Part shown: in pieces, positions 23,076-32,139 of the stretch
Layout: each line of letters starts with the position of its first letter
Numbering within the stretch: position 1 is the stretch's first letter
DNA from: a virus
Direction: 5' to 3' (one strand)
Length of the DNA stretch: 42,763 nt
IMG/VR virus record: IMGVR_UViG_3300045988_045849
The notes under the pieces: generated by a model
Databases searched by the model: none
What the model was told of the DNA's origin: nothing
What the model saw: the letters and a program-made list of their open reading frames with translations, nothing else
Translations under genes and position numbers: made by a program

Positions 23076-23356
23076 CAGCAAACAAAGGTAAAAAGAAACC
23101 GAAAGCCGAGGAATTATTTCCCGAAGCCTTTATAGTGCGCGACAATATCATGCTGCTTTGCCGAGTATACGGCGTGACGGATGAGGAACTTGCAACGGCT
23201 ATAGGGACATCGCGAGAAACGCTCCGGCGGCGGAAGAAAGAACCGTGGAAGTACACGGAGTACGAAAAGAAAATCATTGCAAACGCGCTCCACACAAGCG
23301 TAAGTGCGTTATACAACGATATGAAATCGCTGGTGCTCAGCTCAACAGGAGGTTGA
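23072..23356 (+). CDS. Small HTH-like protein
   Basis: ATGA overlap with the upstream gene. Contains GVTDEELATAIGTSRETLRRRKK. Confidence 0.5.
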   Translation: MTANKGKKKPKAEELFPEAFIVRDNIMLLCRVYGVTDEELATAIGTSRETLRRRKKEPWKYTEYEKKIIANALHTSVSALYNDMKSLVLSSTGG

Positions 23357-23357
23357 T

Positions 23358-23609
23358 ATGCCAAAAGACGGAGAAAGCAGATGGAGTGACCTTGATGACA
23401 CGATATACCGCATCATAACGGGAAATATACACGCTGAATCGTGCGCTCCGATATCCGAAAAGAAGATACGAAAGAACCGCTACAAACCCATTGAATCAGC
23501 CGAAGCAGCGGCTATATGCCTGACATGCACAGAACCGACTTGCAGAGGCAGCGAAATATGCTTCGAAAGAAGAAAAAAAGAATTAAAAGAAAAGGGAGAA
23601 ACAAAATGA
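23358..23609 (+). CDS. Hypothetical protein (Cys motif CLTCTEPTC)
   Basis: ggagg RBS. 83 aa. Confidence 0.5.
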   Translation: MPKDGESRWSDLDDTIYRIITGNIHAESCAPISEKKIRKNRYKPIESAEAAAICLTCTEPTCRGSEICFERRKKELKEKGETK

Positions 23610-24541
23610 ACGCAGCAATTACACCTAAAAACACAGAATTAGTTGAATTTACCGACACGCACGGCGGCAAAGTTGAGCTTACTCCGGACATAGTCAAGAG
23701 ATTTATCACGGGAGACAACGGAACGGTTACGGAGGGGGAATACAAACTCTTCGTAGAGCTGTGCAAGGCTCGCCAGCTGAATCCGTTTTTGAAAGAAGCG
23801 TACTGCATTAAATACGGAACTCAACCCGCGCAGATACTTGTATCCAAGGACGTATATGTACAGAGGGCTGACAGCTTCCCAGATTACGATGGCAAGGCGA
23901 GCGGTGTAATTATCGCAGATAAGCGCACGGGAAGCACGATAGAGCGCGAAGGGTGCTTCTACAATCCGAAGTCAGAAGAGCTGCTCGGCGCATGGTGCAG
24001 GGTATACCGTAAGGGGCGCAATCACCCTGATTATATGTCGGTCGCTCTCACCGAGGTTGAACAGCGGAAGAAAACGGGGGAGCTGAACTCCAACTGGGCG
24101 AAGCAACCCGCGACCATGTGCGAGAAGGTGGCGGTAGTTAGAGCACTCCGAGCCGCTTTCCCCTCGCAGTTTAGTCAAATGTATATTGCGGACGAAATGC
24201 CGGATATATCTCCCGCAGCACCCGCAGAAACGTCCACAAACGTGCAGGGCGGCGATAGCGGAAATGTGATAAATCCTGCATACACGGACTTAACTCCCGC
24301 CACAGAAAGCGAGGACAGAGCACAGAAATATGTATGCTGTGACTGCGGAAAACCTTTTGAACCGTGGGAACGTGCGAATGGCGAACACTGGACTGCTCAA
24401 CAGGTATATGAACTTGCCGCGAGCAAAAACGCGGACGGAAAGGCTCGTTGCACTCCGTGCGGAAACGCGTATAGGGAGAACCTTATAAAACAAATGGCGG
24501 CGGAAGAAAGCGCGACTTATGCGGCTTACGCTAATGACTGA
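23606..24541 (+). CDS. recT: RecT-family single-strand annealing recombinase with Cys-rich C-terminal extension
   Basis: ATGA overlap at 23606 with a GGGAGA RBS. Contains ..KLFVELCKARQLNPFLKEAYCIKYG.. and the C-terminal CCDCG..CTPCG. Confidence 0.8.
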   Translation: MNAAITPKNTELVEFTDTHGGKVELTPDIVKRFITGDNGTVTEGEYKLFVELCKARQLNPFLKEAYCIKYGTQPAQILVSKDVYVQRADSFPDYDGKASGVIIADKRTGSTIEREGCFYNPKSEELLGAWCRVYRKGRNHPDYMSVALTEVEQRKKTGELNSNWAKQPATMCEKVAVVRALRAAFPSQFSQMYIADEMPDISPAAPAETSTNVQGGDSGNVINPAYTDLTPATESEDRAQKYVCCDCGKPFEPWERANGEHWTAQQVYELAASKNADGKARCTPCGNAYRENLIKQMAAEESATYAAYAND

Positions 24542-24555
24542 CAAGGAGAGTAAAA

Positions 24556-25023
24556 ATGGCTAATTTATACGAAATATCACAGGAAATGCTCGCTTGCATA
24601 GACGCGGAGACGGGCGAAATCATAGACGTTGAAAAACTCAGCACGCTTGCAATGGAGCGCGACACAAAAATTGAGAACATCGCGCTCTGGATAAAGAACC
24701 TTACGTCGGACATGGAAGCTTACAAGCGTGAAAAAGACGCTTTTGCGGAGCGGGAGAAAGCCGCGAAAAACAAGGCGGAATCGCTGAAACGGTATCTTAC
24801 GGAGTTTTTGGACGGGCAGAAATACTCAACCGAGCGTGTCGCGATATCCTTTAGAAACTCTAAGACGGTTGCAATCGCGGAGAATGCCAAGCTGCCGGAC
24901 GCTTACATTCGCAGAAAGGTAACGGAAGAGCCGGACAAAACCGCTATTGCGGCGGCTCTCAAAGCCGGAGAGGTGATAGAGGGCTGCGAACTTGTGCCGA
25001 ATCGCTCCATACAGATTAAGTGA
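24556..25023 (+). CDS. Siphovirus Gp157-like protein
   Basis: The MANLYEISQEMLACIDAETGEIIDVEKL.. N-terminus, size and position next to recT are typical of this family. Confidence 0.7.
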   Translation: MANLYEISQEMLACIDAETGEIIDVEKLSTLAMERDTKIENIALWIKNLTSDMEAYKREKDAFAEREKAAKNKAESLKRYLTEFLDGQKYSTERVAISFRNSKTVAIAENAKLPDAYIRRKVTEEPDKTAIAAALKAGEVIEGCELVPNRSIQIK

Positions 25024-25033
25024 GGTAGTCGTT

Positions 25034-25831
25034 ATGGCTATATATCGAACGGTATCGCCGAGCTTTTGGACAGATACAAAAGTCGTTGATATGTTTACGC
25101 CGGAAGACAAGTATTTTATGCTATATCTGCTGACCAATCCGCACACAACATTATTAGGGTGCTACGAAATCAGCATTAAGCAAATCTCAGACGAAACGGG
25201 ATATACTCGCGATACGATTTATAGCTTGATATCTCGATTTGCGGAACGATATGCAATACTCGAATACTCTGAACGTGATAAGGAAATCCTCGTCAAGAAT
25301 TGGAGCAAGTATAACTGGACACGCTCTCCGAAAGCAAAGGTAGCAATCGAAAAGGCTATACCTCGTGTGAAGTGTGAAAGGTTTAAAACGTTTCTCTGGG
25401 ACGCTCTTGCGAAAAAATTTGAAATCCAAAGTCCTATAACAGATAACAGGAAACAGGCTACAGGTAACAGGGAGCAGGTAACAGATGTATGCATAGGGTA
25501 TAGATACCCTATAGATACGGTATCGAATAAGCAAGATGTACAAGACTCACCCTCTCAAATGTACGGAGAGTACAAAAACGTCGTTTTAACTTTGTTAGAA
25601 CTCGCGGAGTTACAAAAGGCTTATCCGCAGGACTGGGAGAATAAAATCAATCGTCTTAGCACGTATCTCAAACAAACTGGCAAAAAATACGATAATCATT
25701 ATGCCGTATTAATGGCATGGGCAAAAGAAGACGCGGAGAAACATCCCGCAACTGATTCCTCTTTTGAAACTGACGAATTTTTTGAAACAGCATTATTAAA
25801 TTCGTATGGAAACATCGCGATTGATAAGTAA
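25034..25831 (+). CDS. Phage replisome organizer (N-terminal domain type)
   Basis: MAIYRTVSPSFWTDTKVVDMFTPEDKYFMLYLLTNPHTTLLGCYEIS is characteristic of this domain. Confidence 0.75.
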   Translation: MAIYRTVSPSFWTDTKVVDMFTPEDKYFMLYLLTNPHTTLLGCYEISIKQISDETGYTRDTIYSLISRFAERYAILEYSERDKEILVKNWSKYNWTRSPKAKVAIEKAIPRVKCERFKTFLWDALAKKFEIQSPITDNRKQATGNREQVTDVCIGYRYPIDTVSNKQDVQDSPSQMYGEYKNVVLTLLELAELQKAYPQDWENKINRLSTYLKQTGKKYDNHYAVLMAWAKEDAEKHPATDSSFETDEFFETALLNSYGNIAIDK

Positions 25832-25855
25832 AAACATATAAAGGAGAAAAACAAA

Positions 25856-26458
25856 ATGGAATTTATCGAAAAGGCACTCAAAGTCAAACTTACATTTACC
25901 GAGGAAGTCCTCGGACTTTCCCCTGCGAGCAAGGAGGTTTACCGTGATTATATCGCGAGCAAGGCTCCCGATGCTCCGACTGTAGCTGATGAAATTGAAG
26001 CCGTCGGCGTTGACGAAACGGCTGATGGAAAAATGACGGTGTTCCCTCGGCAGGACGGCAAGGTTGGATTTTGGGATTATCAAATAAAGGGAATGTTTAA
26101 GGATTCCTGCGGTGGTCTGGCGAGAGTAAAAACCACCGAGAGCGCAAAACTGAAAGCATACAAGAAAATTATCGACAAACTTATATTTATCGAAGAACGG
26201 TTTATGCCGCTCGGATTTGATGGCGAAACGGGAGTTTGTGAGAGACCGCTCAGAGCGTCAACGGCACAGGGCGAAAGGGTTGCGCTTGCTGCGTCGGAAA
26301 CGGTGCCTGCCGGAACGACGCTGGAATTTACTGTGCTTCTGCTCGATGAGAAGTTAGAACCCGCAGTAAGGGAATGGCTTGATTATGGCAGACTTGCGGG
26401 AATGGGACAGTGGCGAAGCTCCGGCAAGGGACGCTACACGTGGCAGGAAATAAAGTAA
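25856..26458 (+). CDS. Hypothetical replication-module protein with Gly-rich C-terminal loop
   Basis: Strong RBS. 200 aa, ending LAGMGQWRSSGKGRYTWQEIK. Confidence 0.6.
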   Translation: MEFIEKALKVKLTFTEEVLGLSPASKEVYRDYIASKAPDAPTVADEIEAVGVDETADGKMTVFPRQDGKVGFWDYQIKGMFKDSCGGLARVKTTESAKLKAYKKIIDKLIFIEERFMPLGFDGETGVCERPLRASTAQGERVALAASETVPAGTTLEFTVLLLDEKLEPAVREWLDYGRLAGMGQWRSSGKGRYTWQEIK

Positions 26459-26914
26459 ACCGAAACGGAATAGCACAGACAGGAAAAGGTCGGAAATGGA
26501 ACGAAGCGGAAGTGCGGCGAAGGGACGAGAATGGAAGCGGAATCGAATAGACCCGACATGTAATGGAATCGCAGCTAATATCGCAGAAAAGCAACGGAAG
26601 AGAAGAGCGAGGCAAAGCAGAGCAACGGAACAGATAAGCTACGACACGATTAGCAACGGAAAAGCCTGGACTCGCACCGCGCCGAAAAGGAATCGAATGG
26701 ACAGGCGGCGAAAGGCACAGCAACGGAAACGTATTGATATGATAGGCATAGAGCAGGACCGCGACGGAAAAGAAAAGCGGCGCAGCGAACGGCAACGGAA
26801 TGGCACCGAATCGCTACGACAGGACCCGAAACGGAATCGAAACGCTTAGACTGGCGGCGAAACGGAAAAGCAAAAATACCGCGCCGGACGGAATCCGGCA
26901 GAAAGGAAGATAAT
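26459..26914 (+). repeat. Non-coding purine-rich tract with 13 CGGAA motifs (10 ACGGAA, 5 GCAACGGAA): candidate iteron origin
   Basis: ACGGAA starts at 26465, 26594, 26625, 26656, 26723, 26764, 26795, 26831, 26862 and 26888. Four neighbouring spacings are exactly 31 bp. I counted 37 T in 420 nt (26461-26880). Confidence 0.7.
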
Positions 26915-27517
26915 ATGGCAAAGTTTAAAGTTGGGGATAAGGTTGAGGTAATAAGCACAAAATATTACACCGCAGCCAGCATTGGTGATAAAGGTACGGT
27001 GTTGAGAGAAGATTTTCGCGTTGGCGATGACTCAAATTATGCAGTGCGAATGGATAGAAAAAATTTACGTTACCATACTTGCAACGGACTTGTCCCTTGG
27101 GGGTACGGACAAAAATTGTGGGGCGAGTGTTTAAAGCTCGTCGAAGAGAAACCAACCCGTGAATTTAAGTTGATTATCACATCATCCGGCGACACCACCA
27201 CGGCAAAGCTGATACACGGCAAGGACGTAGCGAAAGAAGCAACCGTGACAAGATACAGCAAAGACGAATACAGCGAGAAAGCCGCCGTTGAAGCTGTTGT
27301 GAAGAAGATTTTCGGCGAGGACGAGAAAAAGAACGAAGCAAACAAGCCGTACACTGGCAAGGCTGTGTGGATATGCGACAACGAGAGCGTTTATACAAAA
27401 GGCAAAATATATGAATTTGTTGACGGCAAATTCAAACACGATTTAGGATTTACAGTTGTCGGATACACCCTCGAAAAAATGAAACGGCTCGGCTGCTTTC
27501 TCCCGATAGTGGAGTGA
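26915..27517 (+). CDS. Hypothetical protein
   Basis: aaaggaag RBS. 200 aa. Confidence 0.6.
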   Translation: MAKFKVGDKVEVISTKYYTAASIGDKGTVLREDFRVGDDSNYAVRMDRKNLRYHTCNGLVPWGYGQKLWGECLKLVEEKPTREFKLIITSSGDTTTAKLIHGKDVAKEATVTRYSKDEYSEKAAVEAVVKKIFGEDEKKNEANKPYTGKAVWICDNESVYTKGKIYEFVDGKFKHDLGFTVVGYTLEKMKRLGCFLPIVE

Positions 27518-27527
27518 TGGAGGACGA

Positions 27528-28220
27528 ATGAAAGACCCGACAAAAATAAATGTCCTTGTGGCTTGCGAGGAATCGCAGCGCGTGTGCATGGCGTTCCGCG
27601 ACAGAGGATTTAACGCTTTCTCCTGCGATATACAGGAGTGTTCCGGCGGACATCCCGAATATCACATACTCGGAGACGCGGTGAAAGCACTTGACGCGGG
27701 AGAAATAACCACGATGGACGGACAGACGCACAGCATACCGAAGTGGGATTTGCTTATAGCTCACCCGCCGTGTACTTATCTAAGCAACGCAGGCGCGCGA
27801 CATTTGTGGAAGGGGCATCAACTGCAAGCGGATAGAGTAATGCTCGGAATAAAGGCACGTGACTTTTTCATGGAGTTTTATCGGGCAAAAATCCCGCTTG
27901 TGGCGGTCGAAAATCCTGTACCGAGCAAGATTTTTGTAATGCCGGAACACTCGCAAATTATCCAGCCATATCATTTTGGACATCCGTACACCAAAAGAAC
28001 GTGCTTATGGTTGAGAAATCTCCCGCCGCTGGAGCCGACAAATATTGTAGAGCCAACAGAAACATGGTGTCCGAGCGGAAGTTACAGCCATAAACACGGG
28101 GAACAGCACAAAGGTATGTTTACCACAGACCGAGCAAAAAACCGCTCAAAAACATTCCCCGGCATCGCGAAAGCATTCGCGGAGCAGTGGGGAGACTACA
28201 TTTTACAGGAGGACGAATAA
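27528..28220 (+). CDS. Short C5-cytosine-methyltransferase-like protein
   Basis: AHPPCTYLS resembles the PC catalytic motif IV. VAVENPV resembles ENV motif VI. No clear FxGxG motif I is visible. Confidence 0.45.
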   Translation: MKDPTKINVLVACEESQRVCMAFRDRGFNAFSCDIQECSGGHPEYHILGDAVKALDAGEITTMDGQTHSIPKWDLLIAHPPCTYLSNAGARHLWKGHQLQADRVMLGIKARDFFMEFYRAKIPLVAVENPVPSKIFVMPEHSQIIQPYHFGHPYTKRTCLWLRNLPPLEPTNIVEPTETWCPSGSYSHKHGEQHKGMFTTDRAKNRSKTFPGIAKAFAEQWGDYILQEDE

Positions 28221-28221
28221 A

Positions 28222-28521
28222 ATGCCGATGAGAGACCGCGAAGACCTCATAGATATAGATATTCCATCCGTACAAAAGGCGATGGTGAAAGTAATGTATG
28301 ATGCGTATGAAGATTGCAGAGATTTAAATTGTGTCAGCTGTCCAGATAGAAGAAAAAGCACAAATAATTGCATGAGGAGTTGTATTCTGTTTAAGTATGC
28401 GAGAAAGCTTTGCGAAGCAGGATTTGTATACGCCGAAGAAGATGTGTTGAGCGCATACAACGATGGCTACGCTCTCGGAATGGAACAAGGTATAGAAGCA
28501 GAAAGGAGCAGAAAAGGATGA
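28222..28521 (+). CDS. Hypothetical Cys-containing protein
   Basis: Tightly packed in the early operon. 99 aa. Confidence 0.5.
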   Translation: MPMRDREDLIDIDIPSVQKAMVKVMYDAYEDCRDLNCVSCPDRRKSTNNCMRSCILFKYARKLCEAGFVYAEEDVLSAYNDGYALGMEQGIEAERSRKG

Positions 28522-28533
28522 ATAGGACGGTGA

Positions 28534-28896
28534 GTGAAAGTGAAAGCGTGGCTTGCAAAAGATAAAAATGAATTTCACGCAACAGTCGTTTTTGCTGAAA
28601 CAAGAGGAAAAGCAAAATCGATTGCAATGTGTACCGAAGCTTGTGAAGATGTCGATTTTTGCAACATCTATGTAGAAAGAGTACCACAAATTGACAAGTA
28701 TTACAAAGAAGGCAAGAAAGAGATGGACTGGTTAAATGACGATGACAGACTTGCCCTTGTCAAAGAGTGCGGATTTTACTGCGAATATATCGTAGAAGAT
28801 ATGTGTGAAGATTGCCCTGCAAAAGAATATTGTGATGAATATATTGACCGCAAGGGCTGGATGGAATCAGACAAAGGAGCAGACAAGGATGAATAA
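28534..28896 (+). CDS. Hypothetical Cys-rich protein
   Basis: GTG start (an alternative GTG lies at 28540). 120 aa. Confidence 0.45.
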   Translation: MKVKAWLAKDKNEFHATVVFAETRGKAKSIAMCTEACEDVDFCNIYVERVPQIDKYYKEGKKEMDWLNDDDRLALVKECGFYCEYIVEDMCEDCPAKEYCDEYIDRKGWMESDKGADKDE

Positions 28897-29110
28897 CTTT
28901 ATCGAACTGCATGACTTAGAAGGTAAAAGGATGCTTATATCCACAAATCACATAACTAATGTGTGCGAAAGATACATGGATAAGCAAAATGCGGTGATAT
29001 ATTTTGCCACCGACGAATGTGATTTTGTCACCGCCATCGAATCCTACGAAGAAGTAAAGCGGCTGCTCGCGGCGGTCGAGTATGTGTACAAGGAGGAAGA
29101 GAATGACTGA
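28889..29110 (+). CDS. Hypothetical protein
   Basis: The ATG at 28889 overlaps the upstream stop. 73 aa. Confidence 0.5.
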   Translation: MNNFIELHDLEGKRMLISTNHITNVCERYMDKQNAVIYFATDECDFVTAIESYEEVKRLLAAVEYVYKEEEND

Positions 29111-29426
29111 TTGGATTAGCGTAAAAGACAAAATGCCCGAAGTAGAAGAAAGAGTGCTCTTGCACACAGTAAATGATGTGGGCGACAAAAAGTTTTATCA
29201 CATTACAATAGGTATGTACGAGGACGGCACTGTCAACGCGGAATACAGCAAATATTCGTGGGATGAGAGCGCATATGACAGTGTAATTGATTATGACGAG
29301 GAAATGGATGCGGACTTTGTGTGTAAGGGATGGTGGGAGATGGGCGAGTATTCTGAAAAAGTCGCTTGGATTGATGATGAAGTTATAGGGTGGTTGCCGT
29401 TGCCGTCAGATCCACAGGAGGAATAG
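29103..29426 (+). CDS. DUF551-like protein
   Basis: The N-terminus MTDWISVKDKMPE and the C-terminus ..VIGWLPLP are typical of DUF551. Confidence 0.6.
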   Translation: MTDWISVKDKMPEVEERVLLHTVNDVGDKKFYHITIGMYEDGTVNAEYSKYSWDESAYDSVIDYDEEMDADFVCKGWWEMGEYSEKVAWIDDEVIGWLPLPSDPQEE

Positions 29427-29427
29427 A

Positions 29428-29772
29428 ATGGATGAATTTCGCAAGGAAACAACACCACGCGCAAGGAAAGAGCATAAATGCGACCTGTGTCACGGGACAA
29501 TACCAAAAGGCGAAAGATATGTGCATATTACACAGTCAGACAGCGGAGATATCTTCGACTACAAATATCATATAGGTTGCAATAACTTAGTAGACCGATA
29601 TGTGAGAAATGAGGGCGGCTACGTTGACGATTTTAAAGAGTATAACGTAATCGAGGATATATTCGATAGGGTTTGTTTTGATTGTGCCCATAGAACAGGA
29701 TGTGAAATACCGAACACAAGATATTGCGAAATTGCTACCTGCCCTCACGTCGTGGAAAGGTATCTGAGATGA
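29428..29772 (+). CDS. Hypothetical Cys/His-rich protein
   Basis: aggagg RBS. Contains HKCDLCHG.. and CFDCAH.. motifs. Confidence 0.5.
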   Translation: MDEFRKETTPRARKEHKCDLCHGTIPKGERYVHITQSDSGDIFDYKYHIGCNNLVDRYVRNEGGYVDDFKEYNVIEDIFDRVCFDCAHRTGCEIPNTRYCEIATCPHVVERYLR

Positions 29773-30224
29773 CCTATAAACGCTATTGGGAACGCAACGG
29801 AACTCGTCGACCATTTCCTCCGTTGTATGAAGCTATGAAAGCATACGGAGACGTAATGTACAAAGTGCCGGAGTACGTCAATCCGAAACACTGTAAATGG
29901 TGCGGACAACCTCTGAGCGGCAGACGGACAAGTTTCTGCTCAAACGAATGCAGTAAAAAGTTTAATAATATGACTGTTTGGAATAGAGGACGTGACGCTT
30001 ACTCACTAAGGATTCTGTACCGCGATAACATCACTTGTCAGGACTGCGGCGAGTTTCACGCTTTCAAGAACGAGTTCGGAATTTTCGTTCCAATAGACGA
30101 CGGGAAACTAAATGTACATCATATAGTGCCTGTATCAGAAGGTGGCGGCGACGAGCCGACAAATCTTGTCACGCTGTGCATCGACTGCCATCTCAAAAGG
30201 CACGGAAAGGTAAGACATGACTGA
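29769..30224 (+). CDS. HNH endonuclease
   Basis: Contains HHIVPVSEGGGDEPTNLVTLCIDCHLKRH, with CxxC pairs upstream. Confidence 0.85.
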   Translation: MTYKRYWERNGTRRPFPPLYEAMKAYGDVMYKVPEYVNPKHCKWCGQPLSGRRTSFCSNECSKKFNNMTVWNRGRDAYSLRILYRDNITCQDCGEFHAFKNEFGIFVPIDDGKLNVHHIVPVSEGGGDEPTNLVTLCIDCHLKRHGKVRHD

Positions 30225-30576
30225 ATTTATAAACGGAGTTGAGTATCTATATACCATTCCGGCAGAAGAACCTACAAGCTACTGGATTTTGGTTGCGATT
30301 TTCTTTATTGCTTTTGCATTATTTGGTATCATGTTTCTCGTTTATTCATTCTGGGGCGGCTTTGAGGATATAGTCGCGGCATTACTGTTAGCGGCAATAG
30401 CTACACTGCTATCCTTCTTTGCCATTAAAAGCAACAATGCCAACGAGCTATTACCCGAGCGATACGCTGTGACAATATCAGATGATGCCGATATGAACGA
30501 ATTTGTCGGTAATTATACCATAGTTGAACAAAAAGGAAATGTTTACATAATCGAGGTAAAAGGAGAACAAAAATGA
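30217..30576 (+). CDS. Membrane protein (two TM segments)
   Basis: TM segments YWILVAIFFIAFALFGIMFLVY and IVAALLLAAIATLLSFFAI. Confidence 0.6.
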   Translation: MTEFINGVEYLYTIPAEEPTSYWILVAIFFIAFALFGIMFLVYSFWGGFEDIVAALLLAAIATLLSFFAIKSNNANELLPERYAVTISDDADMNEFVGNYTIVEQKGNVYIIEVKGEQK

Positions 30577-30878
30577 AGAAACTATTTATTAGCCAGCCGA
30601 TGAGAGGAAAAACCGATGAAGAGATTTTTGCAGAGCGTAAAAATGCTATTGCGGGTATTGAACATTATCTAAACGAAGAAGTGGAAGTTATTGATTCATT
30701 TTTCGATGATTTTAATGGACATCCGCTTGAATTTCTCGCTAAAAGTATTGCGCTTCTCGCGACAGCCGATATCGCTTACTTTGCTGAAGGATGGGAAAAT
30801 GCTCGTGGATGCAGAATAGAACATAAGTGTGCAGAGGAATATGGGATTAATATAGTTGAACATATATGTCAGAAATAA
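30573..30878 (+). CDS. DUF4406 / nucleoside 2-deoxyribosyltransferase-like protein
   Basis: Pattern MKKLFISQPMRGKT.. ..ADIAYFAEGWENARGCRIEH. Confidence 0.5.
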   Translation: MKKLFISQPMRGKTDEEIFAERKNAIAGIEHYLNEEVEVIDSFFDDFNGHPLEFLAKSIALLATADIAYFAEGWENARGCRIEHKCAEEYGINIVEHICQK

Positions 30879-31207
30879 ACAAAGCAATCTTAGTAATAGA
30901 TATGCCCGAAACTTGCGGCGATTGTCTCTTATGCGTTGGAGACGAGTACGATTTAGTACACGAATGCTGCCTGAAATACAAGGGATATGTCGGAGCGAAA
31001 GATAAGCCCGAATGGTGTCCGCTAAAAACATCTCTTGCCGACGTTGCCCCTGTAATACATGCACGGTGGATTGATAACGGACGCGGCGGGTACGCTCATG
31101 CGTATTTCTGTAGCAACTGCGGATGGCTTGACGGATATCCGATTGAGGATAGATTTAACTATTGCCCGAACTGCGGCGCAAAAATGGATGAAAGCGAGGA
31201 TGAATGA
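30866..31207 (+). CDS. Hypothetical zinc-ribbon-like protein
   Basis: Contains CGDCLLC.. and a C-terminal CSNCG..CPNCG. Confidence 0.5.
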   Translation: MSEINKAILVIDMPETCGDCLLCVGDEYDLVHECCLKYKGYVGAKDKPEWCPLKTSLADVAPVIHARWIDNGRGGYAHAYFCSNCGWLDGYPIEDRFNYCPNCGAKMDESEDE

Positions 31208-31215
31208 GGTAAAGC

Positions 31216-31491
31216 ATGACAAAGAAAAGATTCATTAAACTGCTGATGGGGAAATTCCGCTATCCCCGAAATAAGGCGAGAGCATACGCCGATGATATTG
31301 TAAGATGGCGTGAAAAAGCAAACTTTAACAACGCCATATGGAAAAGCGAGGGAGACTTGACGCGGGAAATGCCGCCGACATATTCAGGATATTTCGCTTA
31401 CTGCCAGATAAACGAGCTGGCAAAAGATTTTGCGGAAAGCCTTGTCGCAAACAACGGAGGGAACAAATGGAACAGTATAACGAAATTCTAA
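31216..31491 (+). CDS. Hypothetical protein
   Basis: 91-aa ORF in the early operon. Confidence 0.45.
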   Translation: MTKKRFIKLLMGKFRYPRNKARAYADDIVRWREKANFNNAIWKSEGDLTREMPPTYSGYFAYCQINELAKDFAESLVANNGGNKWNSITKF

Positions 31492-31781
31492 AGCTGAAAA
31501 CGATGCTCGAAGAAGCGGGAATAGTGTTCGACTTCTACCATCGAAAAGACATGCACGACGAATGGGGCTACTACCAGATATGCTACCCTGCCGACGCAGG
31601 AAGAGTGTGCAGCGTAATAGAGGGCGCATTAACCTACGGCGGTGTGTGCGACAGACTGGAAATAATGGGACTTCTGACAAAAGAAGAATGCAAATACGGC
31701 ATCGTAAAAGGATGGCTGACAGCGGAGGATGTGTTTGCGAGAATCAAGAAGCACTGGGAGGAAAACTATGGACGCGGTTGA
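31467..31781 (+). CDS. Hypothetical protein
   Basis: ATG at 31467 preceded by ggaggga. The tracked upstream extension overlaps the previous gene. Confidence 0.5.
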   Translation: MEQYNEILKLKTMLEEAGIVFDFYHRKDMHDEWGYYQICYPADAGRVCSVIEGALTYGGVCDRLEIMGLLTKEECKYGIVKGWLTAEDVFARIKKHWEENYGRG

Positions 31782-32139
31782 ATTTTTGAAAACAGTAAGA
31801 CGAATATGCAACAGCAACAAAAACGGTTGTACCTCTTGTGTTGTATATCAAAAGTATAACTATTGCAAGCTACAATGCGTTGCGCATCCCGAAGAAATTG
31901 TTGCCGCTGTGGAGAAATGGGCTGCGGAACACCCTGTAAAGACGAGACAGAGCGAATTTTTTAAGAATTATCCTTATGCGTACAAGTTAGATACGATACA
32001 AATATGTCCGTCGATGGTGGATTATGATTTGTTTGAAAGCGGTACTTACAACTGCCGCTCCGCAAAATTTGAGCACTCGGAGGTGTGTCACGAGTGCATG
32101 AGGAATTATTGGCTCAAAGAGATGGAGGATGAAATATGA
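31768..32139 (+). CDS. Hypothetical Cys-rich protein
   Basis: ATG at 31768 preceded by ggagga. 123 aa. Confidence 0.5.
   Translation: MDAVEFLKTVRRICNSNKNGCTSCVVYQKYNYCKLQCVAHPEEIVAAVEKWAAEHPVKTRQSEFFKNYPYAYKLDTIQICPSMVDYDLFESGTYNCRSAKFEHSEVCHECMRNYWLKEMEDEI

Noticed and set aside
26496-26849. 117-aa Arg/Lys-rich ORF on the plus strand, plus antisense ORFs 26328..26795 and 26650..26958
   Set aside because: All lie within the purine-rich CGGAA repeat tract. The amino-acid composition simply mirrors the AG-rich repeats (R, K, E, G, N). No RBS is present. They are treated as non-coding.
26459-26914. Possible CRISPR array
   Set aside because: The repeated units are only 6-9 nt with irregular spacing and no repeat-spacer periodicity of CRISPR size. 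There are no cas genes in the window.
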